Below, piece by piece: positions 38,264 to 47,686 of a stretch of 57,671 nucleotides of DNA. How positions within the stretch are numbered: the first letter of the stretch is position 1; each line of letters begins with the position of its first letter. The stretch is from a virus (lineage: Duplodnaviria > Caudoviricetes). The notes beneath the pieces were generated by a model. That model was not told the origin of the DNA, did no database searches, and saw nothing but the letters and a program-made list of their open reading frames with translations. Made by a program: the position numbers and the translations under genes. The stretch is taken from the IMG/VR virus record IMGVR_UViG_3300037861_000188, positions 1 through 57,671 of that record. One strand, 5' to 3'.

Positions 38264-38851
38264 TTACTTATTATTAATGTAATTATTTATATCTCCAAAG
38301 AAGTTATTTTGGACCGGTCCGGCTCCTTCCAATGGCTTCGGCTTGGTTAGTCCCGTCATTTCCTCCAACACGGATAGAGACTTGTCTTTGTCGGCTATTT
38401 TATAGCTGATCTCCCGGCTAAGGACTATTCCTCCGCCCTCTTCATCTCCCTGCTGCATCAATACCTTCTCCTTGATTGTCACCTGGTTGAGTGCTGCGTA
38501 GTGCTTTGGGTCAATCTGGTCCTTGTTCTTCAACCGCCATTCGTTATCAACTAAATCAGTAAGGTTAGTGAAGGCCATGTTCGCTCTCTCCCTCAATACT
38601 CGCTCTTGGGTGATTCCAAGTGCTTCGAGTAGCGGTGCGGCATGGTTGTCAAGGTATTTCTTAATGTTAGCATTTGATAGGAGTTTAGAAGCTGTAATCC
38701 TTGCCGTTTTTTCCGCATATCCCGTTGAAATGGCTGCCTGTGTCGCATTCTTATTGGCAGACCCTAGGTAATACTCACAAAACATTTTTTCACGCTCAGA
38801 AAGCCTTATTTCTTCCCCGTTCCTAAGTGTGATGACCTCCTGTTTTGCCAT
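38264..38851 (-). CDS. terS: Terminase small subunit
   Basis: FCEYYL...NATQAAISTGYAEKTARITASKLL; start placed at MAKQE. Confidence 0.9.
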   Translation of the reverse strand: MAKQEVITLRNGEEIRLSEREKMFCEYYLGSANKNATQAAISTGYAEKTARITASKLLSNANIKKYLDNHAAPLLEALGITQERVLRERANMAFTNLTDLVDNEWRLKNKDQIDPKHYAALNQVTIKEKVLMQQGDEEGGGIVLSREISYKIADKDKSLSVLEEMTGLTKPKPLEGAGPVQNNFFGDINNYINNK

Positions 38852-38980
38852 GTTGTAAATATAATAACTCTTTTCGTAAAAAAAATTACATTTTGCTTTG
38901 ATCTTATTATTACTTGTAGTAATATTACTCAACGAACAGGACAAACCGAGGAATAGCGGACAAACTAAACGATAAGGATT

Positions 38981-39379
38981 ATGGAAAATTACAATTTAAC
39001 TCTTAAGCAGCTTGAGGACTTTATGGTAACAGTTTGGGAAGGTGGATCAGACTATTGGATGGATCTTTCAGGATCTGAGCTAAGAAGAATTAAAAAAGTT
39101 TGGAACGAGGAACTAAGCCCAAGTCCAGAAGCCAATGATTCTACTTCAATTGCTGAAAAAATAGCAGGGTATTTATGGGCTGGACATTCTGTTCAAATAG
39201 TTGATGCTGAGGACCCGGAAGAGATACTTGGGGACTTAACTCTAGCCAAGATCAATCTAGCTTTCAACCGCCCTGAAATGGCTGATCAGGCAGCTTCATT
39301 CATGGAAGAGCAATACGATGTGGAGACTACGGATGTTCTCATTCAATATGCAATCTTCAACGAAATAGTTTACAGTTAA
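38981..39379 (+). CDS. Acidic early protein
   Basis: First gene of a rightward early operon; EGGSDYW and DVLIQYAIFNEIVYS; strongly acidic. Confidence 0.75.
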   Translation: MENYNLTLKQLEDFMVTVWEGGSDYWMDLSGSELRRIKKVWNEELSPSPEANDSTSIAEKIAGYLWAGHSVQIVDAEDPEEILGDLTLAKINLAFNRPEMADQAASFMEEQYDVETTDVLIQYAIFNEIVYS

Positions 39380-39424
39380 TCATTCACGGGGGAGCAATCC
39401 CCCACTAACCAAACAGGACAAAAC

Positions 39425-39520
39425 ATGAAAAATTCATCATTTGTGGCTCTAATGGCAGTCACCACATTAATCATCGGGTTCGGGATTTATTTCGTCTCCC
39501 AAAACAACTTTATCTACTAA
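39425..39520 (+). CDS. Single-TM peptide (31 aa)
   Basis: MKNSSFVALMAVTTLIIGFGIYFVSQNNFIY; AACAGGACAA 3 nt upstream. Confidence 0.55.
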   Translation: MKNSSFVALMAVTTLIIGFGIYFVSQNNFIY

Positions 39521-39522
39521 CT

Positions 39523-39750
39523 ATGAAAAAGCTACTAATCAAAATATCAATACTCTCACTATTCGGAATATTCGGAGTAGTTGGGCTTGCTCAAATGAAC
39601 TATCAGCAAGCAGTTGCCAAGGCCCGTGAAGTTGATACGGAAAGCGAAATTAAGTCTGTGTTTGAAGATCACGGATTTGATTCAGGGATCTATGACAAGA
39701 TCACCGTATCTGAAAAAGTAAAGGCATTCTTCACTGTAATAATCTTATAA
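39523..39750 (+). CDS. Small membrane/secreted protein
   Basis: Hydrophobic N-terminus; in operon. Confidence 0.6.
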   Translation: MKKLLIKISILSLFGIFGVVGLAQMNYQQAVAKAREVDTESEIKSVFEDHGFDSGIYDKITVSEKVKAFFTVIIL

Positions 39751-39752
39751 TT

Positions 39753-40394
39753 ATGAACACTTACGCCAAGTACACCGCAAACGTATTCTGTGCAAAATGC
39801 ACTGAAGAACATGAAAAAGGATCTATCATTCAGGTAGAGACGAAATACGGAAAAGAAAATGATTCAATTGTTTTCAACCTGCTATTGAAGAAAGACGGAT
39901 TTTTCTATTACTCGATCGTCCGTGCAGATGGTTATAACATTCAGGAGCGTGCCAAGGCGAAGGCTGAAAGATTGTTAGGATGGTCCGCAAGTGCTTCAAA
40001 AAAATCAGATGCTTATCATGAGGCTTCCAATGAAGGCCGTGATTTCCTTTCTCTGGCTGAACCAGTCAAAGTTGGGCATCATAGCGAGAAAAAGCATAGG
40101 GCATTGATAGACCGAAATTGGAATAGGATGGGTAAATCAGTAGAGTTTTCTGATAAAGCCGGAGAATACGAGTCTAGGGCTGACTATTGGGCTTCAAAGG
40201 TTAATGATATAAATCTTTCAATGCCTGAATCATTGGAATACTATGAATTCAAGCTCGAAGAAGCAAAGGAAAAGCATGAAGGCTTAAAGTCCGGGAAATA
40301 CGAAAGAAGGCATTCCTATTCGCTTACCTACGCAAAGAAGGCTGTTAATGATGCTGCAAAGAATCTTGAAACAGCTAAAAAACTCTGGGAATGA
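39753..40394 (+). CDS. DUF3560 family protein
   Basis: LSLAEPVKVGHHSEKKHRALIDRNWNRMGK. Confidence 0.85.
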   Translation: MNTYAKYTANVFCAKCTEEHEKGSIIQVETKYGKENDSIVFNLLLKKDGFFYYSIVRADGYNIQERAKAKAERLLGWSASASKKSDAYHEASNEGRDFLSLAEPVKVGHHSEKKHRALIDRNWNRMGKSVEFSDKAGEYESRADYWASKVNDINLSMPESLEYYEFKLEEAKEKHEGLKSGKYERRHSYSLTYAKKAVNDAAKNLETAKKLWE

Positions 40395-40555
40395 AAAACT
40401 CTGACCTCAGCAACCTAGATCGAATCGCTCTCAAAAAAGCAATCAAAGAAACTCCTAGCCTTCGGGTTGGGAGTTCAGTTCCCAAATCAATGAACAAGGG
40501 GTTTAGCGATACTCCTTTGTTCTCCAACGAAAAAAATCAGACGAACCTATGGTAG
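40391..40555 (+). CDS. Small hypothetical protein (54 aa)
   Basis: MKNSDLSNLDR...DTPLFSNEKNQTNLW; ATGA-coupled to the DUF3560 gene. Confidence 0.5.
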   Translation: MKNSDLSNLDRIALKKAIKETPSLRVGSSVPKSMNKGFSDTPLFSNEKNQTNLW

Positions 40556-40773
40556 TTATTGACATTAGAAACTTACAAGTGCTTGCGAGCACAATCAAAT
40601 CACGCAGACAAATTATGATGCTGACTCAAGAACAGCTATCAGATAAGTCGGGAGTAGGCCAAGCAATGATCGCTATGGTAGAATCCGGTAAGAGACTCCC
40701 ATCGCTGATCAGCATGGTAAACATCCTAAGTGCGCTGGATCTGGTGCTGAAGGTGGATGAAACGGAAGATTAA
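40549..40773 (+). CDS. XRE-family HTH regulator
   Basis: LTQEQLSDKSGVGQAMIAMVESGKRLPSL. Confidence 0.85.
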   Translation: MVVIDIRNLQVLASTIKSRRQIMMLTQEQLSDKSGVGQAMIAMVESGKRLPSLISMVNILSALDLVLKVDETED

Positions 40774-40780
40774 GAATAAT

Positions 40781-40832
40781 TAATAATATTATTAGAAATA
40801 TGTTGCAATCTAATAATATTGTTATAAATTAG
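40781..40832 (+). promoter_or_regulatory. Two palindromic operator-like sites and TAAATTAG promoter-like box
   Basis: TAATAATATTATTA (40781-40794) and TAATAATATTGTTA (40811-40824), 30 bp apart, abutting TAAATTAG (40825-40832). Confidence 0.55.
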
Positions 40833-40876
40833 CATAAGCGAAAGGGAAACGGTTCTCTTTCAAACCAAAAAACATC

Positions 40877-41665
40877 ATGAAAAAGCAAGAACTGATTACT
40901 CGATTAATTGAAAAAGGAACTAAAAGCACTAATTTGAAAACAGCTTCAAACGCTGAGGAGAAAAGAGCTATTGAATCCCATGGGTTTGAAAAGGTCAAAG
41001 GTTGGCTAAGTCTGATCGAAAGAAAAGAATCAAACGCAAGGATGGCTATTGAATATGCCAAAAAAGCAAAGTCTTTCGGACTGTCATCAAGGAAGGAATA
41101 TTTGGCATTGTCAGAAAAAGCGAGTGATATACTTTCGGATTTTCAAACAGGACATTCTATGGGTTGTTATAGAACACTATTGTTGAATAACACCGCTTTT
41201 CAATGGAACCACAACCTCGATAATTATGCTAAATCTTACAAATTTAGTGCAACTTATGGCAGCTTGAAAATCTCCCTGAATAAAAAAGAGCTGAGACAAG
41301 TAAAGAACATTCAAGGTGTTTGGACAATTGAAAGTGAAGATGGGTCTGCTAAATGGCTTGAGTCTAGCGGAAGAAAATCAACGTTCTCCGTTGAATGGGT
41401 TGAAGGATATCTTTTCAAAGATTCTCACAGTAATGAAAGTCTCGATGCAGCAAAAGCACTACAAGAGCTTAAAGATATTCAAAAAGCTGCTCAAAAATCG
41501 AGAGATGGCCAGTTTGTAGGGGCTGTTCACATGAGGGCGAAAGGGGCGTGTATGCCAGGTATAATAGCTTTCTGCAATCGCCATGGATTAAACGTGAACC
41601 GTGGGTATAGTGTAGGGTTCTTAAAGTCTTTCAACGATCTTTATTCAGTACCTTTCCTGAAATAA
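40877..41665 (+). CDS. Hypothetical protein
   Basis: 262 aa; C-terminal GACMPGIIAFCNRHGL motif. Confidence 0.75.
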   Translation: MKKQELITRLIEKGTKSTNLKTASNAEEKRAIESHGFEKVKGWLSLIERKESNARMAIEYAKKAKSFGLSSRKEYLALSEKASDILSDFQTGHSMGCYRTLLLNNTAFQWNHNLDNYAKSYKFSATYGSLKISLNKKELRQVKNIQGVWTIESEDGSAKWLESSGRKSTFSVEWVEGYLFKDSHSNESLDAAKALQELKDIQKAAQKSRDGQFVGAVHMRAKGACMPGIIAFCNRHGLNVNRGYSVGFLKSFNDLYSVPFLK

Positions 41666-41671
41666 AAAATA

Positions 41672-41893
41672 ATGACTGACCACGAAAAATTCAAAGCCCT
41701 AATTGAAAAGTTAGGGCTTTCAAGACAAGATCTTGCAGACATGCTAGGCATGAAGTTCACAAGTGTAACCAATCAGCTTGCTCCTTCGAAGGAACTGCCT
41801 AAATGGGCCAAAAGTATGCTAATAGTAGCTGATCGTAATCCATTCAATTTTTTCGATAAAGAACTGATTTGGGAAAAAATGAAACAGGGGTGA
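41672..41893 (+). CDS. Small HTH protein
   Basis: LGLSRQDLADMLGMKFTSVTNQL...LPKWAK. Confidence 0.75.
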   Translation: MTDHEKFKALIEKLGLSRQDLADMLGMKFTSVTNQLAPSKELPKWAKSMLIVADRNPFNFFDKELIWEKMKQG

Positions 41894-41941
41894 GCTCCTA
41901 TTTCTAGGGAGGAATTCTTATACAGATTCGATTTAAAAAGG

Positions 41942-41972
41942 AAAAACCCGGCTTCTTAGACCGGGTTTTTTT
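41942..41972. terminator. Bidirectional terminator
   Basis: AAAAACCCGG-loop-CCGGGTTTTTTT between convergent operons. Confidence 0.8.
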
Positions 41973-41975
41973 GTG

Positions 41976-42236
41976 CTATGCGGTTAATTCTTCCTCCAAC
42001 ACTTCTTCAATATCCTTTGCCTCTACTGGCACTGCGAATCTCCAAGCGGCGAAGCATCGGTAAGGATCGCATCCGGTCATATCGATTTCCTCCAGTACAA
42101 ATCCCTGACCTCCTTGGATCCTTAGATTCAGAACATTGATCACCGTGTAAGGCTCTCCCTTCTTGATCCACTTGGATGATGGAAATTCTGCTGGTCGGTG
42201 CTGGTCGTTTAGGCAGATTACTTGGAAGGGGTTCAT
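41976..42236 (-). CDS. Hypothetical protein
   Basis: 86 aa, VICLND...WIKKGEPYTV...FAAWRF. Confidence 0.7.
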   Translation of the reverse strand: MNPFQVICLNDQHRPAEFPSSKWIKKGEPYTVINVLNLRIQGGQGFVLEEIDMTGCDPYRCFAAWRFAVPVEAKDIEEVLEEELTA

Positions 42237-42249
42237 ATCAATCGTTTAT

Positions 42250-42450
42250 TTAAATATCGCTGTGGTCATACAATTTACCACGAAACAAAATAAAGTCACC
42301 AAATCCTGTTTTTATGACCGTGTTTTTTTTGATTATTTCTTCCCTGGCCTTTGAAAGATCTTCATCCGTCATTGATAGGATTGTTTGATCAACATGGCTC
42401 AATCCTGTTAGATTTAATCGTTTCGATTTCCTATTGTGCTTGCTGCTCAT
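42250..42450 (-). CDS. Hypothetical protein
   Basis: Start placed at MSSKHNRK just after the upstream stop. Confidence 0.5.
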   Translation of the reverse strand: MSSKHNRKSKRLNLTGLSHVDQTILSMTDEDLSKAREEIIKKNTVIKTGFGDFILFRGKLYDHSDI

Positions 42451-42451
42451 A

Positions 42452-42790
42452 TCAAAATGGCTTAGTATCGTATTGTGAGGCTTTGTAGCCAAAATAGAAT
42501 CCCTCGGCAACTGCAATGGCTCTGGACTGGCTAGTGCAGTGATCATCAAGGATGGTTTTGATTATTTCTTGATTTCTGTGCACTTTCCATACCCAGAATC
42601 TGTTTCGCTTTGATTCTACAGTCAGGTGGTACTCGCCAAGTGTTGCGGAAAAACTTTCTTCCGCTTCATCGCAAATCCATGGCATTTGTCTGATTGCTTT
42701 TTTCCAAACTTTAGGCATAATGAACCTCCCTCCAGCATAAAATTTGCCCTTCAAATGGTTTTGGGTATTGGAACCATGACAATAAATCAT
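42452..42790 (-). CDS. Hypothetical protein
   Basis: ORF in operon; true start probably the internal MPKVW. Confidence 0.55.
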   Translation of the reverse strand: MIYCHGSNTQNHLKGKFYAGGRFIMPKVWKKAIRQMPWICDEAEESFSATLGEYHLTVESKRNRFWVWKVHRNQEIIKTILDDHCTSQSRAIAVAEGFYFGYKASQYDTKPF

Positions 42791-43283
42791 CGATACTCAA
42801 TCCATCATTTATTGCTACCGATGGCAGTATTGATAATTCAATCGGACTAGATGCTACATGGAAATACTTTTTACCGATATCAATGTAGAAATCATCCTCA
42901 TACTGTTTCATTTTAAAGCCAATGGCTTGCTTAATCTCCAACTCTGGCGCAAATATGATCTGTGGCGAATTGTAAGGCTTTCCGAACCATACCCGTAGGG
43001 ATGCTTTGTCACCTGCTTTCCATCGGGACCCATTTCGGATTGTATGCTTTTTTTCACCCTCAGCAATATTGTTCAATGAGTGCTGGAAGTGAATTAAATC
43101 GTATGTGGTAAGTTTTTTATCCTCTAATGATTTCAGGTTCCATCGCTGAAGATTGAAGATATATTCCCTATCGCAAGAATTTATCCCTAACGAATTCAAG
43201 ACCTGCTCCACAAAGAAGGTAGGTTGTCCTACTTTCGGGTGATATGTCGGAAACTTACGGCTGAATGTGATTACTTTAGCCAT
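42711..43283 (-). CDS. ASCH/PUA-like hypothetical protein
   Basis: KKHTIR..RWKAGD..RVWFGKPYNSPQ..VAINDGLS pattern. Confidence 0.6.
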   Translation of the reverse strand: MAKVITFSRKFPTYHPKVGQPTFFVEQVLNSLGINSCDREYIFNLQRWNLKSLEDKKLTTYDLIHFQHSLNNIAEGEKKHTIRNGSRWKAGDKASLRVWFGKPYNSPQIIFAPELEIKQAIGFKMKQYEDDFYIDIGKKYFHVASSPIELSILPSVAINDGLSIDDLLSWFQYPKPFEGQILCWREVHYA

Positions 43284-43665
43284 TGTCGGCCTCCTTTCCT
43301 TTCAGCTCAGGGTTATCGAATATGTTCCCGATTACCTCGCAACGCCCTGCGTCTACCGCTTCGCCAAAATAATGATCGTACATCCATCCTTTTGATTGTA
43401 GGGCAAAGGAAGCAAGATGCTTGCTCCAGAGCACTCTGAGTTTGTTTTCTAAGTTTGTCGTTTGTAGGACATCGCCTTCAAAGATTTTTACTTTATTTTT
43501 ACCTATCAGCCCGGTAAACTGGCCTACTGATTCGGGGATTACTTCATGCCCCCACCATTCATCAGGATATGAGGTTTTAACATGAATTTGTCCACCCATC
43601 AACTCCCCTTCTACCCATTTTCCGGTGCCAACTATTTTGCCTCGGAATAAAATTTCTCTAGACAT
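43276..43665 (-). CDS. YopX family protein
   Basis: REILFRGK, VGQFTGL, IFEGDVL, EVIGNIFDNPEL. Confidence 0.9.
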   Translation of the reverse strand: MSREILFRGKIVGTGKWVEGELMGGQIHVKTSYPDEWWGHEVIPESVGQFTGLIGKNKVKIFEGDVLQTTNLENKLRVLWSKHLASFALQSKGWMYDHYFGEAVDAGRCEVIGNIFDNPELKGKEADNG

Positions 43666-43933
43666 CGGAAGGCTCCTTTCCTAATTCGTTTAACAATCCT
43701 TTTGCATATAGGATTGCTATCCTAGCCACCGATTCTGTATATTTAATTGGATCGTTAGCATCTGGGGAAATGATATCAATTGCTTTAGTTATATCTTCCA
43801 TCATGCCCATATTGGAAATAATACCCTGCAATGCTATGCCTGAGAAATGCTCCAGCTTGTTTAAGCCATCGGTTATTGATTCGATGTTAGGGCTTTTAAT
43901 GACCTGCCCGATAGGTTCTGTGTAATTTTTCAT
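43658..43933 (-). CDS. Hypothetical protein
   Basis: GLNKLEHFSGIALQGII...AILYAKGLLNEL, a common small phage protein pattern. Confidence 0.7.
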   Translation of the reverse strand: MKNYTEPIGQVIKSPNIESITDGLNKLEHFSGIALQGIISNMGMMEDITKAIDIISPDANDPIKYTESVARIAILYAKGLLNELGKEPSDV

Positions 43934-43966
43934 CTTAGTTTTTATTTGCCCTGTTCAATTATTTGT

Positions 43967-44176
43967 TTAGTGATTATCAATGCGCCTAAACTTATCGCTT
44001 ATTTTGATTCTGTGCCCTATTTTGGAAACCTCTCCTGTTTTCTTTTTTACTTTGTGCCGCCTTGGTTCCCCCTCCTGATCTGCATGTACCCGAAATAGTG
44101 AGGACCTGATTTCGATCAGTTCTCCTTCGCTGAATGTAAGGAGTTTTATTGTTTTTTCAAATTGAGGCTGGCACAT
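43967..44176 (-). CDS. Hypothetical protein
   Basis: 69-aa ORF filling an operon gap. Confidence 0.45.
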   Translation of the reverse strand: MCQPQFEKTIKLLTFSEGELIEIRSSLFRVHADQEGEPRRHKVKKKTGEVSKIGHRIKISDKFRRIDNH

Positions 44177-44838
44177 TGCTGAATATAGCTAATTTTGAAG
44201 TCTTTATAATTCTTTTCGTTAGATTCTAATTCCTGAAAATTGATAGACTCCTTCAGTGCTTCAATCACTGTTTTGCTTTTTTCGGGTTCTCCCTCTACGG
44301 TTTTAGCTGTGAATTCAATATCCTGTGCCAAATTGATACCCTCCTGAATCTTTTTCATTTTTTGATGCTCTTTCTCCCGATATCCTGCCTTCTCATCCAA
44401 ATATTTTTCCATCCAGGAAAATATGACCTGCCCGTCCAATCGATTGTAAAGCTCTCCGTACTTGCCTGTTTTCGCTCTGTTGAACATGATTACAAAATCC
44501 TCAATCGTTTCGTAAGGGTACTTGTCGAGTAGCAGATATCCGGTCTCAATAGCCTGATCTTCGCTCATAGGCCTGGATAGGTTGAAGAAGTTGGCAGTCC
44601 TGATTATTTGGCTTACCAGTGCGGTTATAACCAAGTCCTCACTTGATTCCCTGCAAGCTGCTTTAAGCGTGATCCCGGTACAGGCATTCAGCATCGTGAT
44701 TGACCTGTCATGTTTTGCAATCTTGATTGAATCCCCGGACTCAGCTACTAGCACTAATTCTTTGATAAAGCTTAGAGATTGAACCTGCTGCGCTGGAAGG
44801 TTTGATTTGTTTTGGTTGATTTGAGGTAATAAGTTCAT
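44146..44838 (-). CDS. Replication accessory protein (possible helicase loader)
   Basis: Downstream of the initiator; AKTGKYGELYNRLDGQVIFSWM motif. Confidence 0.55.
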   Translation of the reverse strand: MNLLPQINQNKSNLPAQQVQSLSFIKELVLVAESGDSIKIAKHDRSITMLNACTGITLKAACRESSEDLVITALVSQIIRTANFFNLSRPMSEDQAIETGYLLLDKYPYETIEDFVIMFNRAKTGKYGELYNRLDGQVIFSWMEKYLDEKAGYREKEHQKMKKIQEGINLAQDIEFTAKTVEGEPEKSKTVIEALKESINFQELESNEKNYKDFKISYIQQCASLNLKKQ

Positions 44839-45700
44839 CGTTCCAAGATTTATTGTTGAGAAATGTGGCTGGGTCTTTCCTGAATTGCTTCTCAGGCTGT
44901 GACTGGATGTAGTACGGAATGAATTCGATAGCAGCTTCTTTTTCCGCTTGCTTCAAGGCTTCCCATTTTTTTTTGATCTTGGCTTGATCCCCTCTTTTCT
45001 TGTCGTAGGTTTCCCAGAAATCTTCAAAAGTAGGCCAAGTCATTAATATTTGATTTTCATCTACTATTTGAGTAGTTGCCGTTTCCCTTTTGGGTAAGAT
45101 TTTTTCTTTTATGAGGCTTGATTGATCAACCAATTCAGGTGTTTTTATTTGGTTGCTGGCACAAGAAAATTCCGAAGGATTTTCGTCTTTTTTTGATATA
45201 GTATTATCTAGTATAGTATAGTCTAGTATAGTATGTTCCTTTTCTCCGCCTTCACTCCGGAACGTTCCGCCTTCACTCCGCCTTATTGGGTCAATACTCC
45301 GCCTTTTTGCATCAATACTCCGGAGTATTTCATCATAATTGACACAAGGGTTACTTCTCTTACGATAGGCATCTTGTATGTTTTCGATGAACTTTTGACA
45401 CCAAATTAATTGATAGTTATCCCAAAGTTTACGGTCAAACTCCCCTAAATTGACTAAATCCTGAATGATTTTAAGCAGCTTTTCTTCACTTACCTTGCAC
45501 TTGGCAGAAAGGAACATTACTTCCATTTTGTCGCCTAAATCCAAATAGTGATAATTGGTAACAGCAAGCTGTCGCAAGATCTTAAACCACGTTGCAAACC
45601 CATCATTTCCATAGGTATTTTCCATGTAAAACATGGCCTTTCCCTCCTTGCATAAGAAGGGAAAGTAATCAACTGTATTTTTCTCTTTGTGATTTGCCAT
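44741..45700 (-). CDS. Replication initiator (DUF4373/Lin1244-like N-terminus)
   Basis: VDYFPF..YGNDGFATWFKIL N-domain; FEDFWETYDKK..KDPATFLNNKSWND C-domain; internal iterons. Confidence 0.8.
   Translation of the reverse strand: MANHKEKNTVDYFPFLCKEGKAMFYMENTYGNDGFATWFKILRQLAVTNYHYLDLGDKMEVMFLSAKCKVSEEKLLKIIQDLVNLGEFDRKLWDNYQLIWCQKFIENIQDAYRKRSNPCVNYDEILRSIDAKRRSIDPIRRSEGGTFRSEGGEKEHTILDYTILDNTISKKDENPSEFSCASNQIKTPELVDQSSLIKEKILPKRETATTQIVDENQILMTWPTFEDFWETYDKKRGDQAKIKKKWEALKQAEKEAAIEFIPYYIQSQPEKQFRKDPATFLNNKSWNDELITSNQPKQIKPSSAAGSISKLYQRISASS
45198..45329. repeat. Iterons / putative replication origin
   Basis: ACTCCG at 45254, 45275, 45296 and 45317 (exact 21-bp period), palindrome AATACTCCGGAGTATT, adjacent TAGTA repeats. 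Confidence 0.75.
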
Positions 45701-45715
45701 TGTTTGATAGGGGTT

Positions 45716-46186
45716 TTAAAATGGTAGCGTGTCCTCATAGTTGTCAGGACCATCCATAGGTGGACTGCTCTGAGGGGACTGATTAATACTGGCGTGCGTT
45801 GTGCTGTTATCGCCTTTGCTTTGGTAGGATTGTCTGCTGTCCTCGGTTTGGTCGCTCTGTTTGCTTCCCAGCATAGTGAAGGAGGTGACCCGGATCTTTA
45901 CCCTGCTGAACTTATGCCCGTCCTTTTCCCATTTTTCAGTTTTGATCTTTCCTTCTACATAGAGTTGGCTTCCTTTCTTGAGGTACTGCAATGCGATTCG
46001 TGCTTGCTGTCCCCATATCTCCAGGTCATGCCACTCGGTATTCTCAACCTTGTTGCCTTGCTTGTCTTTATAGGACTCGGTAGTAGCTAATGTGATGTTG
46101 GCTACTACATTATCTCCTTCAAATTGCTTGAGCTCCGGGTCTTTGCCCAAATTGCCTAATAGGATTACCTTATTTACTGCTGCCAT
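45716..46186 (-). CDS. ssb: Single-stranded DNA-binding protein
   Basis: VNKVILLGNLGKDPE, TEWH, LKKGSQLYVEGKI, acidic tail EDTLPF; alternative in-frame ATG at 46294. Confidence 0.95.
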   Translation of the reverse strand: MAAVNKVILLGNLGKDPELKQFEGDNVVANITLATTESYKDKQGNKVENTEWHDLEIWGQQARIALQYLKKGSQLYVEGKIKTEKWEKDGHKFSRVKIRVTSFTMLGSKQSDQTEDSRQSYQSKGDNSTTHASINQSPQSSPPMDGPDNYEDTLPF

Positions 46187-46334
46187 ATTATTTTTTAGTC
46201 TTTGATTTTCTGGTTTTATTTCGATTCTTGTTTGCGCCAATGCCCGTGCCTCAATGGTCATGGTTTCTGTTGTTTCTAATGCGTGATGCAGCATTGCCCT
46301 GTTTTTGTTTAAGTGTGAAATATTAATTTTGATT

Positions 46335-46961
46335 TTATCCTTCTCTTGACATTTGCTCGTTTCCGGCACATACTCCCGAACAGAATTCGAGACTTGTTGT
46401 GGTGACACAAGCCTTATCTTCGTATCTGTTTTTCCACGAATTCCATACTTGCTTTCTTCCTCGTCCAATTATATTTGAGGTGACTTTTTGCTCATTGGGA
46501 GTCTGCTTCATACAATAGCTACACGCGAAATGGTTTTCTCTCGGGGCGTATTTAGCCATCATTTCAGCTAATATTGGCTCAAGCAACTCTTTATTAAATG
46601 AAATATTGGGCTTATCTCCTACCCCTATCTCGTTGTAGCTTACCGCTGAGGTGGATGTGTATTCGCCATCAGTCGTAAACTTGTATTCGACTAGGACTTC
46701 GTTTGGGATATATGCATCAATAAATCTTTTCAGTTCAGCCACATCTGTTTTCTTGGCAATCTTATCGATCCAAGGTCTATTTTTCATTTTTTCCCTCGTT
46801 CGGAATTTTACTACTTCAATCTGAATAATCCCTATCACCCATCCATATAGCCTGAATAATTGAGTAGGCTTTACATTTTCCTTGAAGAACTCAGTCAGGT
46901 AATCCTCTTCCTTTTTCTCCAAAATGAGCTGTAGTTCATTCCATTGGTCTATTAGTTTCAT
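46335..46961 (-). CDS. Hypothetical protein with Zn-finger-like C-terminus
   Basis: CSYC ... FCSGVC. Confidence 0.7.
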   Translation of the reverse strand: MKLIDQWNELQLILEKKEEDYLTEFFKENVKPTQLFRLYGWVIGIIQIEVVKFRTREKMKNRPWIDKIAKKTDVAELKRFIDAYIPNEVLVEYKFTTDGEYTSTSAVSYNEIGVGDKPNISFNKELLEPILAEMMAKYAPRENHFACSYCMKQTPNEQKVTSNIIGRGRKQVWNSWKNRYEDKACVTTTSLEFCSGVCAGNEQMSREG

Positions 46962-47686
46962 AAGAATGGTGTTTTGTTAAGTTGAATTTCTGTTCCCGGA
47001 CTTGCGATGGCTACGGTTTTGCCCGTTGCTGCCAAGGTTCGTTGCAGGAATGATTCTGGATCCGCATTTCCGCTGCTTAGGTGAATGAGAATGATATTGT
47101 TTACCTCCGATAAATCATTTGCTTTCAGGAAGTCTAGCGTGGTCTGAAGGCTCATGTGGCTCTTCATGGTCCGTGCCCGTACTACTGCGTTCAAGCTGCC
47201 GTCCAGGAATCGCTTGGTCATTATTTCCTCGCAATAGTTTGCCTCGATGATGATATTGTTCATTCCTTTGAAAGTGTATGGGCAATAATGCGTATCGGTG
47301 ATGAAGCAGGTCTTTCCGCTTTCGGGATGGTCCAGTAGAAAACCAAACGTGGGCACATCGTGGATCACTGAAAATGGCTTAATCTTCCATGGACCAATAG
47401 TCAACTGCTTGCCGGACTCCATCTGGATAAATCGATGCCCTTCTAGCCCGTTGGTTGCATCTGTGTACACGTCAATCCCTGCTTTCATGTAATCGCTGGC
47501 GTACTTGATATGATCCCCGTGCCTGTGGCTGATAAGGCACCCTTGGACTCCGGATAAATCGAAGTCCAAGGCTTTCTTAACTTCCTTGAGTCGGACTCCT
47601 GCTTCCAGGATCAGGCAGTTCCCTCCGCTGTCCTGAAGGAGATAGCCATTTCCTGCACTCGATGAGCCAAGGACGATCAGTCTCAT
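46958..47686 (-). CDS. MBL-fold metallo-hydrolase (exonuclease partner of RecT)
   Basis: LGSSSAGN, SHRHGDH, HDV, ITDT, IEANY, IHLS. Confidence 0.9.
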   Translation of the reverse strand: MRLIVLGSSSAGNGYLLQDSGGNCLILEAGVRLKEVKKALDFDLSGVQGCLISHRHGDHIKYASDYMKAGIDVYTDATNGLEGHRFIQMESGKQLTIGPWKIKPFSVIHDVPTFGFLLDHPESGKTCFITDTHYCPYTFKGMNNIIIEANYCEEIMTKRFLDGSLNAVVRARTMKSHMSLQTTLDFLKANDLSEVNNIILIHLSSGNADPESFLQRTLAATGKTVAIASPGTEIQLNKTPFL

